Assembly: GCF_006345805.1 (NCBI RefSeq)
Contig: NC_043000.1
Span: 103,230,001 to 103,294,000 of the forward strand
Origin: Octopus sinensis
Taxonomy: Eukaryota
Reading direction: 5' to 3'
DNA length: 64,000 nt
Each line of letters starts with the position of its first letter. The first letter of the stretch is position 1. Shown piece by piece: positions 1 through 13,209 of the stretch. A program made the position numbers and the translations under genes. Under the pieces are notes generated by a model. That model saw nothing but the letters and a program-made list of their open reading frames with translations, was not told the DNA's origin and did not search any database.

Positions 1-298
1 ATGTATGTATGAATATGCCAGTGCACGCTGCACGAGCATACGCAAAGAATGACTTATGTAATTTATATAAAACATGCAATCTGTTTACCTATCTTTTTAT
101 CTACCTGTGTGTATTGTAAGCTTGTAACCGTTTAAAATTAATCAGTGTGTCCGTGTGCGCATACGTGTGTATGTGTGTATATATGTATGTATAATGAATA
201 TGCATACACACACAAACACACACTCACACTCAGACACACACGCGCACTCACACACATAAACACATATACTTTCCTGTATACTACAAATTGACTACGCC

Positions 299-339
<41 letters not shown>

Positions 340-638
340 TTACACAAATACGTATGCATACATTCTGGAATCAAAAGGAAACTAAATTATTAATTGTTTA
401 TGTTGAAGCATAACGAACTATCTTAACAACACGGAATATATCACCACAGAACAATCAGATTTAAGAAAATGGATTGCATTTCACGCTTGATCTAACAGCT
501 TATTTCGCTTCACTGCATCATCATATGATGTATGTAATTAGTGAAGGCGATTATGAATATGAAAGGCTGGCATCTAACATTTAAAATATCAAATCGCATA
601 CGTTTGTGTATGTGTGTATGTATGCTTTAATGTACGTG

Positions 639-672
<34 letters not shown>

Positions 673-675
673 CAT

Positions 676-708
<33 letters not shown>

Positions 709-1827
709 AATAGAGAAAGAGAGAGAGAGATGTAAGTATGCATATACTTAATACATACATACACACGTACATACATAAGTATGGATGCACGAATATATGC
801 CTGTATTGAAATGGCACGTGTCGTTCGTTCACACCTTGCCGTCAAAAGTGACGTATGCGTCAAAGTTGAATGGTCATGCAAAAATGAGAAATTTATTCAA
901 AGAAAGGAGTGGATTAAGAGGGTGGGATAAGTTAAGGAAGTCGTGACAAGGATGTAGTAGTAGTAATAGTAGTAGTAGTAGTGTAGTAGTAGTAGTAGTA
1001 GTAGTAGTAGTATGGGTGCGTGCGTTGCAACAGCGCTTCGCTGCATACATCATATGTTAGATTCCTTACTCTTGGGTGGGGGGGGGGGGAGACGCCTTTG
1101 CACCACTGAGGCGATAACCTTTCAATCCATGTGTCTGTTTTCGGTAGTTGTTGCTGGTGAGGGTTTTACAAGATCAGAGTGCAAATTCTCAACTGCTCCT
1201 AGATGTCTTTTACGACATGCAGAGGACACGTTGGGTCTATTCTTTGACACGTCAGTCCCCACATAGCACAAAGGATGAATAATAATTCCCACTTTATTTT
1301 CACCGTCCTCCTATTCTCAATATGGGAATTTCTACGTAGTCATTTGATCTACTAGCAGAAAAAAAACCCCAAAAAACAGTCAGATATGCTCAAATCACAC
1401 AGTATGTCCAGTGAACACTGCTTTAAGAAAATTGGGATGGTCACATCTGAAAGGCCTGTTTAATCGTAAATGTACTGGATTAGAGATGACCAGGCACTAA
1501 ACAATATGAACTGTTTTACCGGTGCCTAGCACGCTTTACTTCAGTGATGAGCAGCTCAGAGACACACAGACAAATTTCCTTTTGTATAACTGTCTATAGC
1601 AGGGGTTCTCAGCCACCAAACCGCGGAATAGTACTTGGCTGCACGGATTGAATAAATTTTAAAATTTTATAGCTATTATATTGCAGTCTGCAGAATGTTT
1701 TTGTATTATATATATATATGTAATATTAGTTTCAAATTTTGGAACAATGGCTAGAAAATTCGCAGGGTGGGGAGTTGATTACATAGACCTCAGTATTCAA
1801 CTGGTACTTGTTTTATCGAACCCGTAA

Positions 1828-2046
1828 GTTCTTATTTCTTTATTACCCACAAGGGGCTAAACATAGAGGAGACAAACAAGGACAGACAAAGGGATTCAGT
1901 CGATTACATCGACCCCAGTGCGTAACTGGTACTTAATTTATCGACCCCGAAAGGATGAAAGGCAAAGTCGACCTCGGCAGAATATGAACTCAGAACGTAA
2001 CTGCATTTCGCCCGGCGTGCTAACGTTTCTGCCAGCTTGCCGCTTT
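1828..2046 (-). mobile_element. tRNA-derived SINE, family A (my label)
   Basis: Minus strand: tRNA-like head GGCAAGCTGGCAGAAACGTTAGC, B-box-like GTTCATATTC, central GCCTTTCATCCTTTCGGGGTCGATAAA block, tail TAGCCCCTTGTGGGTAATAAAGAA. Near-identical copy at 49694-49911. Confidence 0.9.
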
Positions 2047-3108
2047 AATTATAAATCTAATTATCGAATTACATATTATGTACTTTATTGTATTTAGTTA
2101 TGCATATGATTCCAGAAAGCGTTCTGTGGTGCCAAAACAAAAAAAAATATGAGACCGATGATTTATAGAACGATGTATCTCTCGTATTTATTCGGGCTCC
2201 TTGTGTTCTGAATTCAATTCCCACCGAGGTCACCTCTACCTTTTATCCTTTTGGAATCGATTAATGGACTACCTGTCACGATTGTCTTTGGACTGACGGA
2301 GTTGTTAAAGCGTCAGACAAGATGCTTGTATTTATTTCAGGCTTCTTTTTTTTTTTTTGCTCTTTACACTCAAATCCCGACATAGCTTTTTTAGATGACA
2401 AGCTTTGTCCGTCCGCCATTTAACACCACTACCTGATTCCTGAATTTCTTTTATTAGAGTTCACTCTTCTAAACATTCGGGCCAGTTCCCTGATTTGAGA
2501 ATAACCTCTTCTCTTCATGGGCTCTTCCCCTCTCTAACCAGCAAAGCAATAAAAATATACTCTAGACGCGACCAAAACAATTCTCTCAAAACTAGTTCAT
2601 AACAAATGTAACCCTCTGTTCTGTTGTTTCCTTTCGTTTCTTTCGATTTGTAATAAATTGAGAAAATTGTTGAAAATCAATATCTTACATGATTGTAAAT
2701 ATAATCATAATTGCATTTGTTTGTAAATGTCTAAATGGCTTTCAAATTATTGCGAGCCAATATAAACGAGTGATGCATGTAGAAATACGATGAAAGCGAT
2801 GAAAGCGATTGTAATGTATTGAAATGAGAGCTGGTATATAATAGAAAAACATTATTTAATAGAGCGATAATATATTAACAGGTATGGTGTATATCTAAAG
2901 TGAACAACTATTTCATATTTGACTGACTCTGCATATGTATAAATTAATTGACTCCTTTTATATTTGGACCAGTTTGCTTCAAGAATATATATAACAATAT
3001 GAAATGACTGAGTTCATTAACATGTTAATGTGTAGCAGTGCTTCTACTCTTGTGTGTGTGTATACACACACACACACACACACACACCACACACACACAC
3101 ACACACAC

Positions 3109-3170
<62 letters not shown>

Positions 3171-3739
3171 TATATATATTACAGACAAGGAAGTAAATTT
3201 CGGAAGTAGTATAGCTGTAAAAACGGCTGCGAGATTGGTATCTTACCCTTATAAGACGGAAAAATTTGCCAGCAAACGGCTACGAGAGCTGAATCCGTAC
3301 CCATCAAATATCGGTTGAGTACTCTACCTGAAAGCTAAACGACCCGCTGACAACAGTTACCGTAAATTTTGAAGCTAAATAATAGCTTTTGGAATGCGAC
3401 AACATTTTATAAACAAACTTGGGAAACATTGAATATGTTTGGTATTTTATAAACAAAAATATTTCGAATGTAGTATAGGTGGGAAAACAGCAGAAAGATT
3501 AAGTATTTTGCCCTTATCAAACGGGAAAAGGTTGCCAGCAGAGTGGCTCAGCTTATGAATGTGAAAGGCATTAAGAGAATGATGGCACTAAATACAGAAT
3601 ATTACTAAAGCAGTCTAATAAAACTGAAACATGTCAGGAGTTGTCTCCTGTACTTGTCGGAATGATTAAATTTATTTTAGTTCTTAGCTAATGTTGTATT
3701 CTCCTCACTGCGTACAAGGGATTGTAGGTCAGGAAAAGG

Positions 3740-3960
3740 GAACGGTTTGGTGGAATCGTTAGAGCATCGGAGGAAATGCTTGGCAGTATTTCTTCCGGTC
3801 TTTTACGTTCAGGGTTCAGATCTTACTGAGGTCATCTTTGTCTTTAATCTTTTTGTAGTTGATGAAATAAGTACCAGTTGAGTATTGGAGCCAATGCAGT
3901 CGACTAAGCCTGCCCTCTTTAAAAAATTGCTGGCTTTGTGCCAAAATCTGAAACAATTAT
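3740..3960 (+). mobile_element. SINE family A, diverged copy
   Basis: GGTGGAATCGTTAGAGCATCGG head, GGTTCAGATC B-box-like motif and the central block shared with 1828-2046. Confidence 0.75.
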
Positions 3961-4059
3961 TTGTAGGTGCTGAATGGCCGATTAAGAAGTTCACTTAGCA
4001 ATCATGAGGTTGCGAGTTCGATCCGTTGCGTGACAATCTTTTATCTTTATTTGTTTCAA

Positions 4060-4390
4060 TTATTAGACTGCAGCCATACCGGGACACCGCCTTGAGGGAT
4101 TTTTGGTAGAAGGAATCAACCCTGGTACTTTTTTTCAAGCCTTGTACTTATTCTATCGGTCAGTTTTGCTGATTCGCTAAGTTATGGGGCCGTCATTGCA
4201 TCAACACCTGTTTCCAAGTGGCACTGGGGGACATTCAAAGACACACACACACACGACAGACTTCTACCAGATCCACTCGCAAGGATTTGGTCAACCCGAG
4301 GTTAGAGTAAAGAACACTTGCCCAAGATGCTATGCAATGGTACCTACACCCCTACCCCAACTATGTGGTTGGCAAGCAACTACTCGGGTG
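4060..4390 (-). mobile_element. SINE family C (my label), degraded
   Basis: Reverse complement of the family C head (CATCTTGGGCAAGTG..GGATCTGGTAGAAG) and 3' part (CCCGGTATGGCTGCAGTCTAAT). Confidence 0.7.
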
Positions 4391-5640
4391 CGCCTGATAT
4401 CTCGAACATATATATAATTTTCTATATTCTCAGGATTGATTCTGTCTGAGAATTATGGTAAGCGTACATATGTTTGTGGAATGCTCGGCTACTTTATACG
4501 TTGATTCAAGAGCAGATAATTTAGTTGATCGAACAACTGAGTCTACGTAGTCAATCAATGGACATCTTACCACCACTTTTTGTAGGTGGAGCACCGAACT
4601 AAATGCTTTGCTATACTTTGTTAATGCTTTCATCTTTTACTTAAAATTGTAAAATCTCACCGGAATTGATTTAGCCTTTAATCTTTCCGAATTCGATTTA
4701 TATACATCCGAGTATATACTGAAGTCGATTTATATACTTCTTCAAGCAATTCTTCCGTTATATCAATGAGAGATATCATTATTAATTAATAGTACTATTA
4801 GTTCTGACTCAGCAACAAAAACGGTATGTTTGGAGTAGCACATGGCATATTCTGAACAACTGCTTTTCTTGAAATTAAGCTTCGTAAAGTAAAGTTCTTT
4901 TTAACGAATTTATGTTGAAACAACAACAACAACAAAAAACTACATGAATAACATTTCAAGCATGTGGGTATTATTTGTATGCAAATTCTTGATATTGCAT
5001 GAAAACGAATGTGCGTATATGTAAATAAATAGAAATGTTACGTCAATTACTAATTCACTGTGCAAATACATAAGAGTGTATGTAAACGTTTCAGTTACTG
5101 TGTAATGAAGTGTTTCTGTAAGGACTAACCTACAATATAACAGTATGTGTCAATAATATGTGACACAATATGCAAATAATTGACGCAATTTGTAAGTCAA
5201 TGGTACTGTTTTTAAATAACAGAAATCTGTCTTTCATCAACACCGCCGCTGCGATTATCGCAGTAGTCATTCGTCAGGTTTTAAATTAACCCTTAATGCA
5301 AATTCCAACAGCTTTTAGTTTATTCAGTAGTAATAGCAAACAAATACCTGTCTGCCGTTGATATTAAAATTAGTGGCAGTTGTTGTTGTTGTTGTTGTTG
5401 TAGTCACTGCTGCTGTTGCTGCTGCTGTTGTTGTTGTTGTTGTTGTTGTTAAGCAACAAGACGGGTAAGGGTGATTAGGTGATGGTCTAGGGTTTAAGGG
5501 TGGGAGACCCCAGACCTTGGAAAAAAAAACTTTGGTCGTCTTGTAGTCGAGGGCTCTTCGTTGACGCCCGACACCACTGGGAGGTGGCTGGCCCTCGAAG
5601 TCGCTGGAAATGGAGATCCCCAGATCCAAATTCTTGAACG

Positions 5641-5687
5641 GCTGCTGCTGCTGATGATGATAATGATGCTGCTGCTACTGATGATGA

Positions 5688-5721
<34 letters not shown>

Positions 5722-5815
5722 GGTGGTGGTGGTAGTGGTGGTGGTGGTGGTGGTGGTGAGGGTGATGATGGTGGTGGTGGTGATGATGATGATGATGTTA
5801 CTGCTGCTGTTGTTT
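5641..5815. repeat. Compound (GAT)n/(GGT)n trinucleotide microsatellite
   Basis: Direct reading; it generates the poly-T/I/V/M ORFs in the track. Confidence 0.95.
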
Positions 5816-6324
5816 AAGTTTAGCTCCATGTCAGTCTTGTTCAAGTAGGCCTATGATCAAAGACATTCCAGCTATAGTCATCCCTTTTTTCCCAGACATG
5901 GCGAGTCACACACCAGCATAGTTCAATTGATATCCTACACTCGCGCTGTCTTCTCTCTTTGACCTTCCACTGTTGTGTAGTCTTTGTTCTCCAAGCTTAA
6001 TTCTTCGTATCCCGCTTCAGCTCAAGTCCACTCGACTCTTGAGCAGAAGACGGGTTTTCAAAGTTGGCAACTGAAAGTATTAGGTTACGAGGTAAAGGAG
6101 AAAATGGAGGCATGGGGAAGGTTTGTTGAGTATGTACTCTGAGGAGCCGGAATCAAAACGGCTGGAAGCTTTCTCGATGAGTGCTACTTACGGAGCTATC
6201 TTCACTGAGGTTTGATGTAGGAGAATCCAGCGAAGTTGATAGAAACTTTCCAATAAAACCTCAGCAAGCTTTATTGCAAGTTAGGAGGCGAGACGGCTCT
6301 GCAGGTTGCTAAATGCATGAAATT

Positions 6325-6720
6325 ATATGGCTGTGTGGTAAGAAGCTTGCTTCCCAATTACATGGTTCCGTGTTCACTCCCACTGCGTGGCATCTTGGCA
6401 ACTGAAAGTACTAGGTTGCGAGGTAAAAGATAAAATGGAGGCATGTGACTGGATTTGGTAGACGGAAACTGAAAGAAGCCCGCCGTATATATATATATAT
6501 ATATTTGTGTGTGTGTGTCTGTGTTTGTCCCCCCAACATCGCTTGACAACTGATGTTGGTGTGTTTACGTCTCTCTATCTTAGCGGTTCGGCAAAAGAGA
6601 CCGATAGAATAAGTACCAGGCTTACAAAGAATAAGTCCTGGGGTCGATTTGTTCGACTAAAGGTGGTGCTCTAGCATGGCTGCAGCCAAATGACTGAAAA
6701 AGTAAAAGAATAGAAGAAAT
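6325..6720 (+). mobile_element. SINE family C with a ~50-bp internal segment replaced by local sequence
   Basis: Head TGGCTGTGTGGTAAGAAGCTTG, internal (TA)/(TG) run, tail GGTGGTGCTCTAGCATGGCTGCAG..GACTGAAAAAGTAAAAG. Bases 6395-6445 match 6064-6114 instead of the family consensus. Confidence 0.9.
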
Positions 6721-6724
6721 GAGA

Positions 6725-6726
<2 letters not shown>

Positions 6727-6813
<87 letters not shown>

Positions 6814-6838
6814 TAGATATATAGATATATATATATTT
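6727..6838. repeat. (TA)n microsatellite
   Basis: Direct reading. Confidence 0.97.
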
Positions 6839-6879
6839 AAAGAGGAAAGATTTCCTTCGGGTATGAATGATTAGGGGAT

Positions 6880-7168
6880 ACACCTATAAAGTTCTCTCCA
6901 AAGCCCAAGTCTGGGCAAAGTTGTTTATGGAAGACCATCAGTCGCCCATGCATACCAGTCGCCCCTCTCCGTGCCATTGGTGTTAGCCAAGAGAAAGACA
7001 AAGCCCAATACAGCTTGGCATCAGTGGCGTCGCAACTCATTTCCACAGCTGAGTGAACTGGAGCAACGTGAAATAAAGTGTCTTGCTCAAGAACACATCA
7101 CAGAGCCCAGTCTGAGAATCGGACTCACTATCTCATCCCGACGCTCTAAACATTGAGCCATGCGCCTT
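6880..7168 (-). mobile_element. tRNA-derived SINE family B (my label; CORE-like central domain)
   Basis: Reverse complement of 52678-53005; contains TTGAGCAAGACACTTTATTTCACGTTGCTCCAGTTCACTCAGCTG. Confidence 0.85.
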
Positions 7169-7325
7169 CATACACGCACACACAAACACACACACACACA
7201 CAACACACACACACACACACCACACACACACACACACATATACAATAATGATGATGATGGGGATGATAATGATGATGATGATGATGATGATGATGATAAT
7301 AATAATAATAATGATAATAATAATG

Positions 7326-7362
<37 letters not shown>

Positions 7363-7694
7363 TAATAATGATAATAATAATAATTTAGACAAGGCGCATG
7401 GCTCGACGATTTGAAGTGGGAAATACGATAAACAACTGTGGCGATTTGAAGTGAGAAATCAGAGGTTGTGGTCAATGAAGAGAGTAGACGTGATACCCAG
7501 TTTCACCTGCTGGTTGCAGACAACAGACACTTTCTATCATACTCAGCAAAATAAGCTGTGAGTTTTCATAAAATAATAATAATAATAATAATACTTGGAT
7601 GAAACTTAAAAACCTTTAATGCATTGCTACGCGCGTTCCTCAGACCACATGTCTCTTAAGGTAAGAGTCAGTATTCCTAGGATGATAACAGTGT

Positions 7695-7969
7695 AGTCCG
7701 TAGTATCTGTGGGTATCGGGTTGATCATCTTCATGGATTCATTTCTTCAAGCGATATAACAATAATGGATGTACAACAGAGGGGTGTTTATCCCTTTTAC
7801 CAGTATGAAGCTTAAGCGAATTATGTAGCTTAGCCTTCATAATTCGCTTAACCTTCATACTGGTAAAAAATGATAAACATCCATCTGATGTACATCCATT
7901 ATTGTTATATCGCTTGAAGAAATGAATCCATGAAGATGATCAACCTGATATCCACGGTTACTACGGACT
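7695..7969. repeat. ~275-bp near-perfect fold-back (arms ~130 bp, loop 7826-7837)
   Basis: AGTCCGTAGT..GCGAATTATG pairs with CATAATTCGC..ACTACGGACT along its whole length, with few mismatches. Confidence 0.9.
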
Positions 7970-8328
7970 GCCAGAGCTACTGGATGCTACCTCTTCCATT
8001 TAACTCATCTGTAACCCCTCATGTTTTTTTTACATTAGCAATGCTATCGAACGTATTTAGCGTTAGCACCGTCTTAGAATGGTACCTGCCTGTGGGCTCC
8101 ATTTGTCATGCCAGACATGTACTGCTGCCATAAACAGAGTCAGAGGTACATGGCAACCTGTTCACTAACAACCGTGCAAAAGGTTAATAGCCACAAATTA
8201 TGAAGGTCACTTTTTGCTATTTCATCCTACCTACACCGAAATAACACACGACTCAAACTCTTGAAGTCATTTGAAGAATATTTATCCGCTATGAGCCTGA
8301 CTACCCTCCATAATGACTTCGCACACAC

Positions 8329-8366
<38 letters not shown>

Positions 8367-9184
8367 CACACACACACACACACACACAAAACATTGCCAA
8401 AAGCTACAACCATTAAATTTCACATTCCCTTTGCAACAAGAAGACGTAATCTTCAACCCTGATGAGTCTCTCCCCTTCGACAAGAGAATGGCGTTGAAAG
8501 CAGAATTTTAACCACTGCAAGATTAGCAATATGAAAGAAAATTAAAGAAAAATTTTCCTATCGCATACATACCGTAATAAATTAGAGAAGCGTTCACACG
8601 CATATCTGGGATGGTGTTGAGACTACATACATTACCAATCTAGGCCACAACCAAGTAAAGGCTATCCGGTTGGTTGCCAAGCAGTCAAAGCTTCTCTACA
8701 ACCACAGACTCACAAGACACATAAACCACTCACAAACTCACTGACTACCCTATTGTAACTACAAAGTAGTCAATGCTGGCGTTTAAAAATAAGAGACAAT
8801 TGAATGATACAAACAGGTTAGGGATATTTGGCTGTTATTGTCCACTTACATTATAGTTAGTCGTTATGATTTTCCTCTCTTTGAGAAATCGAGATGTGCA
8901 ACATCCCGAAGCTGTTGTTACAAGACAATAAACAGCAAGAACATAAAAGATACATCACACACACGCACACACATAAATGTGTATATGTATGTATAGATAT
9001 ATATATACGCATCTATCCATCCTTATATTAAACACATTTGTGTGTGCGTGTGTGCATGTGTGTATGTTTGTATGCTTCTATATATGTATGTTTGTATATA
9101 TATATAATATAAATTTTATATATATATATATATGCATACATACGTATATGTTCTTACATATATACGTATATATAGATACATATG

Positions 9185-9726
9185 CGGGCACTGGACATCA
9201 TGAAACATGTACAACAAAAAATACGAAGTACAAGTACATGCATTATGAACTACTTTCCTCCCTTGCTCAGGTGGCTCCTACGTGACCATCGGCCACCATT
9301 CTTCTCCTAACTTGTGTTTCTTTTCCACCGTTTTAGCTGGATCAAGGAAGACGTGTTCTTGTCTGTCTCCTGTCCAAGCTTGATTTACGCGTTTGCCACC
9401 ATAACCTCGTTTAGGCTTACTAGCTCTTCCTGTTTATTTTCACTGTCCTGTTTGTGACCCTCTGCAAATTTTGACCCTCTGCAAATCCCAAATTTTATTT
9501 AATTTACTTTGCGGGAGCAATTGTTTTATCGAAAGCGTGTATTGATGTTAAATGCTCGAAATACAAGAGTAGAAAAACAGCCTACAACCGATAAAGGATC
9601 GTTCTTTATGTTGTTTGTCTTGTTTTCCATTTGTGTCTTTCGTTTTTGAAAAAACAGTTCATTTCCATGTACTCGTACTTCGTATTGTTTTGTTGTACAC
9701 ATTTCATGATGTCCTGTACCCCCCCC

Positions 9727-9729
<3 letters not shown>
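9185..9729. mobile_element. MITE-like element with ~65-bp terminal inverted repeats, flanked by TA-rich sequence
   Basis: 9185-9250 (GGACATCATGAAA..GTACAACAAAA..TACGAAGTAC) is the reverse complement of 9657-9729; no internal ORF. Confidence 0.75.
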
Positions 9730-9768
<39 letters not shown>

Positions 9769-10067
9769 CGTATAGATGTATGTACATATACGTATGTATA
9801 TATGCATATATGTATATGTATATATATGTAATTTATATTATCATGTGATTGAATGCCACGTATCCTCTTCCAAGTAGGTTTCATCTGTATTTTATACCAG
9901 CTGAAATTGCAAAGATAATCTGGAACTCGACTGAAGAAAGAAAACTCCGAATTACCCGTCCTTGCTTTTTTTTTGGCATCATCTGTCTGGACGTTTTGCG
10001 TTCTTGTCTCATTTTGGGTATTCCTTTTTATATAAATATAGCGGCTTACGTACACTTTTGTCTCTCT

Positions 10068-10120
<53 letters not shown>

Positions 10121-10149
10121 TATACGCACACTCTTATACGCTTCTGAAT

Positions 10150-11055
10150 TTCTGTTGCAAGGTCCATAATGTGAGAAACCGTGTTGAAAGAGCTATTGTT
10201 GAAGCAGGAAAGTGAACTACACTACAACCAGCATCTATACAGTCTTCCAGCGTTCATGTGGAACACTTAATTCAACAAGATGTATTATCTTACGTATCCT
10301 ATACTATATTGTCACATCAGATTTCTTCCTTGTTTGTATTGGAATGAGACATTCAGACCCTGCAAGATCTGCTGCTCGTTATTCCCAATTTTCTTCTGTT
10401 TCGGGTAGCCATCTTGACCGGTAGAAACAAACGTGATAAAACGTTTACTGCCACCCTTCTGAGGTTTCTTATAACAATTTATTGCTTTCATCGGCTTCTT
10501 GGCGGCACTGTGGAGAATTTTGAAAACCTCATTGTGCTTCTATGTGTTCCTTTCCAACACCATTGAGCAGTTAGAAAGAATATACTTTAGCGTGCCAACT
10601 TTTCTGCATCTTCATTCCTCGTCGTTCGCTATTTTTCATCTCAGTTGCTGGCGTGGGGATGGCAGCACATCATAAGCTGCTTGAAGAAGGAAACTTAACC
10701 GTGATGTGCTTTACCTCCAGATCTCACCCCAACCCACCTTCCTTTCAATAAAATTTCCTTCCTACTTGGTCATCGGACTTTACTGAGGGCATCGAATCAA
10801 ATGCAGTTCCCTTTCCTCTGCTTCTCTTGCTTTAACATGGCTACTAACGGCGGCTATGCGCTCCCTTTGTGTCATCGTCGAAAACGGTTTAAATGGATTG
10901 TAGCCAATATCCTTCCTGTCACTTTTAATTGCTCTGATGTTATTGTCATCAGTTTCTTTCTGTGCGCACCATTTTCGTGCAGTTTTGACACCTGGTGGAT
11001 GGTCCAGTATTTCTACATTTTTGGATCCCCTCAGTATCATAACAGTTCGCACCTT
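10150..11055 (-). mobile_element. Decayed C-terminal ORF of an R2-group (restriction-like endonuclease, HERO-like) non-LTR retrotransposon
   Basis: Minus-strand remnants VKTARKW..DIG..ERIAAVSSHVKAREAEE, RLSFLLQAAYDVLPSP, a CCHC-like segment (CRKVGTLKYILSNC) and KIIHLVELSVPHE of the PD-(D/E)xK nuclease; several stops and frameshifts. Confidence 0.8.
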
Positions 11056-11894
11056 CCAGCTTCGTAGATACTAACAATGGATGTTATAGGTGGTTGAAGA
11101 GACCCGCTTTTCCAAAATAGCTCTTAAATACATACACACACACAAACAGTTTCGGCTTCGCAAGACAACCCCAATAATCAATACATACATACATACATAC
11201 ATACATCATACATACATACATACATACATACATACATACATACATACATACGTGCGTGCGTACGTACACTCTCACACACAAAGGACATGTCTACTAGATA
11301 TTACATAAATTTTAACGATTATAAGGGTGTCTATTTATTTCTGTCATGTCAACATGTATATGTGTATATGTATATAAAATATAAATGAGTAACATTTATA
11401 TTTTATACACACAGACACATAGCTAGGCATAGTTTAATATTAACTGATACGCTGCAATCAGTGCAGGGCTAAAGACGGTTAGTTAACGAACATTTGTAAA
11501 TTTTATTTATTTATTTATTTATTTATCTATTTATTTATTTATTTTCCTTCTTCTTGTAATCAATGAAACAAGAAAACGTTGCATGTTTACAATAGTCTCG
11601 TCACTAAAGATATTGCTTATCCTTCGATAGCACGAAAGGAAAACAAAAAAGCAGAAAAGAAACAATAAAACAAAAATGTGACAATCCTGGCACTTTTAGT
11701 GGTAAAGCCTTCTATTAACAGGAATTACACAGATGAGCAAGTGCTTAGTCTAGCTGAAAGAAATTAGATCAGTGAGCTAGGAGGTATTAAGCCGGATTGT
11801 TTTCTTCTTATTGTTTTATTTTTACCTTCTTAAGTGTAATATTCATATGATTTAACAATCTTGAGTAGTAATTGCATGCTATAGGTACGTGTGT

Positions 11895-11916
11895 GCCTGT
11901 ATATATATATATAATA

Positions 11917-11956
<40 letters not shown>

Positions 11957-12024
11957 TACAGACACACACGTGTCTGTATGCATATATATATATATATATA
12001 TAATATATACATATACATATATAT

Positions 12025-12123
<99 letters not shown>

Positions 12124-12165
12124 TGCATGTATATATATATATATATATTATATATATATATATTA
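11895..12165. repeat. Interrupted (TA)n/(TACA)n microsatellite
   Basis: Direct reading. Confidence 0.95.
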
Positions 12166-12735
12166 TAGATATCCACGTGCACTCAGCCATAGGTACAATC
12201 ACACATATGTCACACGTGAGGCACAATGTAATCAATAGTATGTAATTATTATTTTAAAAACTTTTTTTACGTAAACAAGTAATTGGAATATTAACTACAA
12301 TATTTTCTAAAAAGAGATTAATACTGAATAGAATTTAAGACACCTGGAAAGGTCGCGGAAAACTATTGCATGTATAGTACTCAATACATTAGCTTGAAAT
12401 TAGAGTATGTATGTGTGTGTGTGTGAATATATGTATTTGTGTATGTATGTATGTATGTATGTATGTATGTATGTATGTATGTATGTATGTATGTATAGAC
12501 ACACACACATATATATAGGTATATATGTATGTATATATACACACACTCACACACAAACACACACACACACGTATATATATATGTATGTATGTATATTTTA
12601 TTCTTTTACTTGTTTAAGTCATTTGACAGCGGCCCGGCAGGAACACTGTCTTGAAGGGCTTTAGTCGAACAAATCGACCCCAGAAATTATATCTTAAGCC
12701 TAGTAACCAGTTCTAGTAACTATGCCCTCCACACA

Positions 12736-12767
<32 letters not shown>

Positions 12768-13209
12768 ACACACATACACACACACACACACACTCACACA
12801 CACACACTGACACACACATACATATATACATACATGCGTATATATGTTTGTATATGTCTATATAAATACATTTATGTATATCCATGTACTTATATACACA
12901 TGCATATGTGTGTGGTGGTAGGAAGAGAGAGAGAGAGAGAGAGAGAAAGGGGGGAGATGCAGAAACTGAGACAATGAGAGATAAAAGGACAGACAAGGCT
13001 CTGAGGTCTTGAATCTTCCCACTGCATGAGCTTTATGTCCTATTTCACGCTCGACTGATTAATGCCTAAAGAGGGAAATTATCACTTCGAAATAGTGCGG
13101 AAACCTGACTCACATGTTAAAATAGCGGTGCATGGGGAACAGAGTTCGTGATATATAAAGAGTTGACCAATGTCGCAGGAGTGAAATTTGTACAAAGAAA
13201 CTACGCTAG

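Noticed and set aside
3060-3180. Single-base glitches in dinucleotide arrays as a biological code
   Set aside because: Isolated one-base indels in (CA)n and (TA)n runs are more simply explained by slippage or long-read consensus error; the same caveat applies to some frameshifts above.
5211-5290. Minus-strand CTGACGA..GAAA motif
   Set aside because: The base of stem II and stem III do not pair convincingly; not called.
8452-8498. CTGATGA with GTC/GAC and TTCAAC/GTTGAA stems
   Set aside because: No GAAA or cleavage triplet; at best a dead relic.
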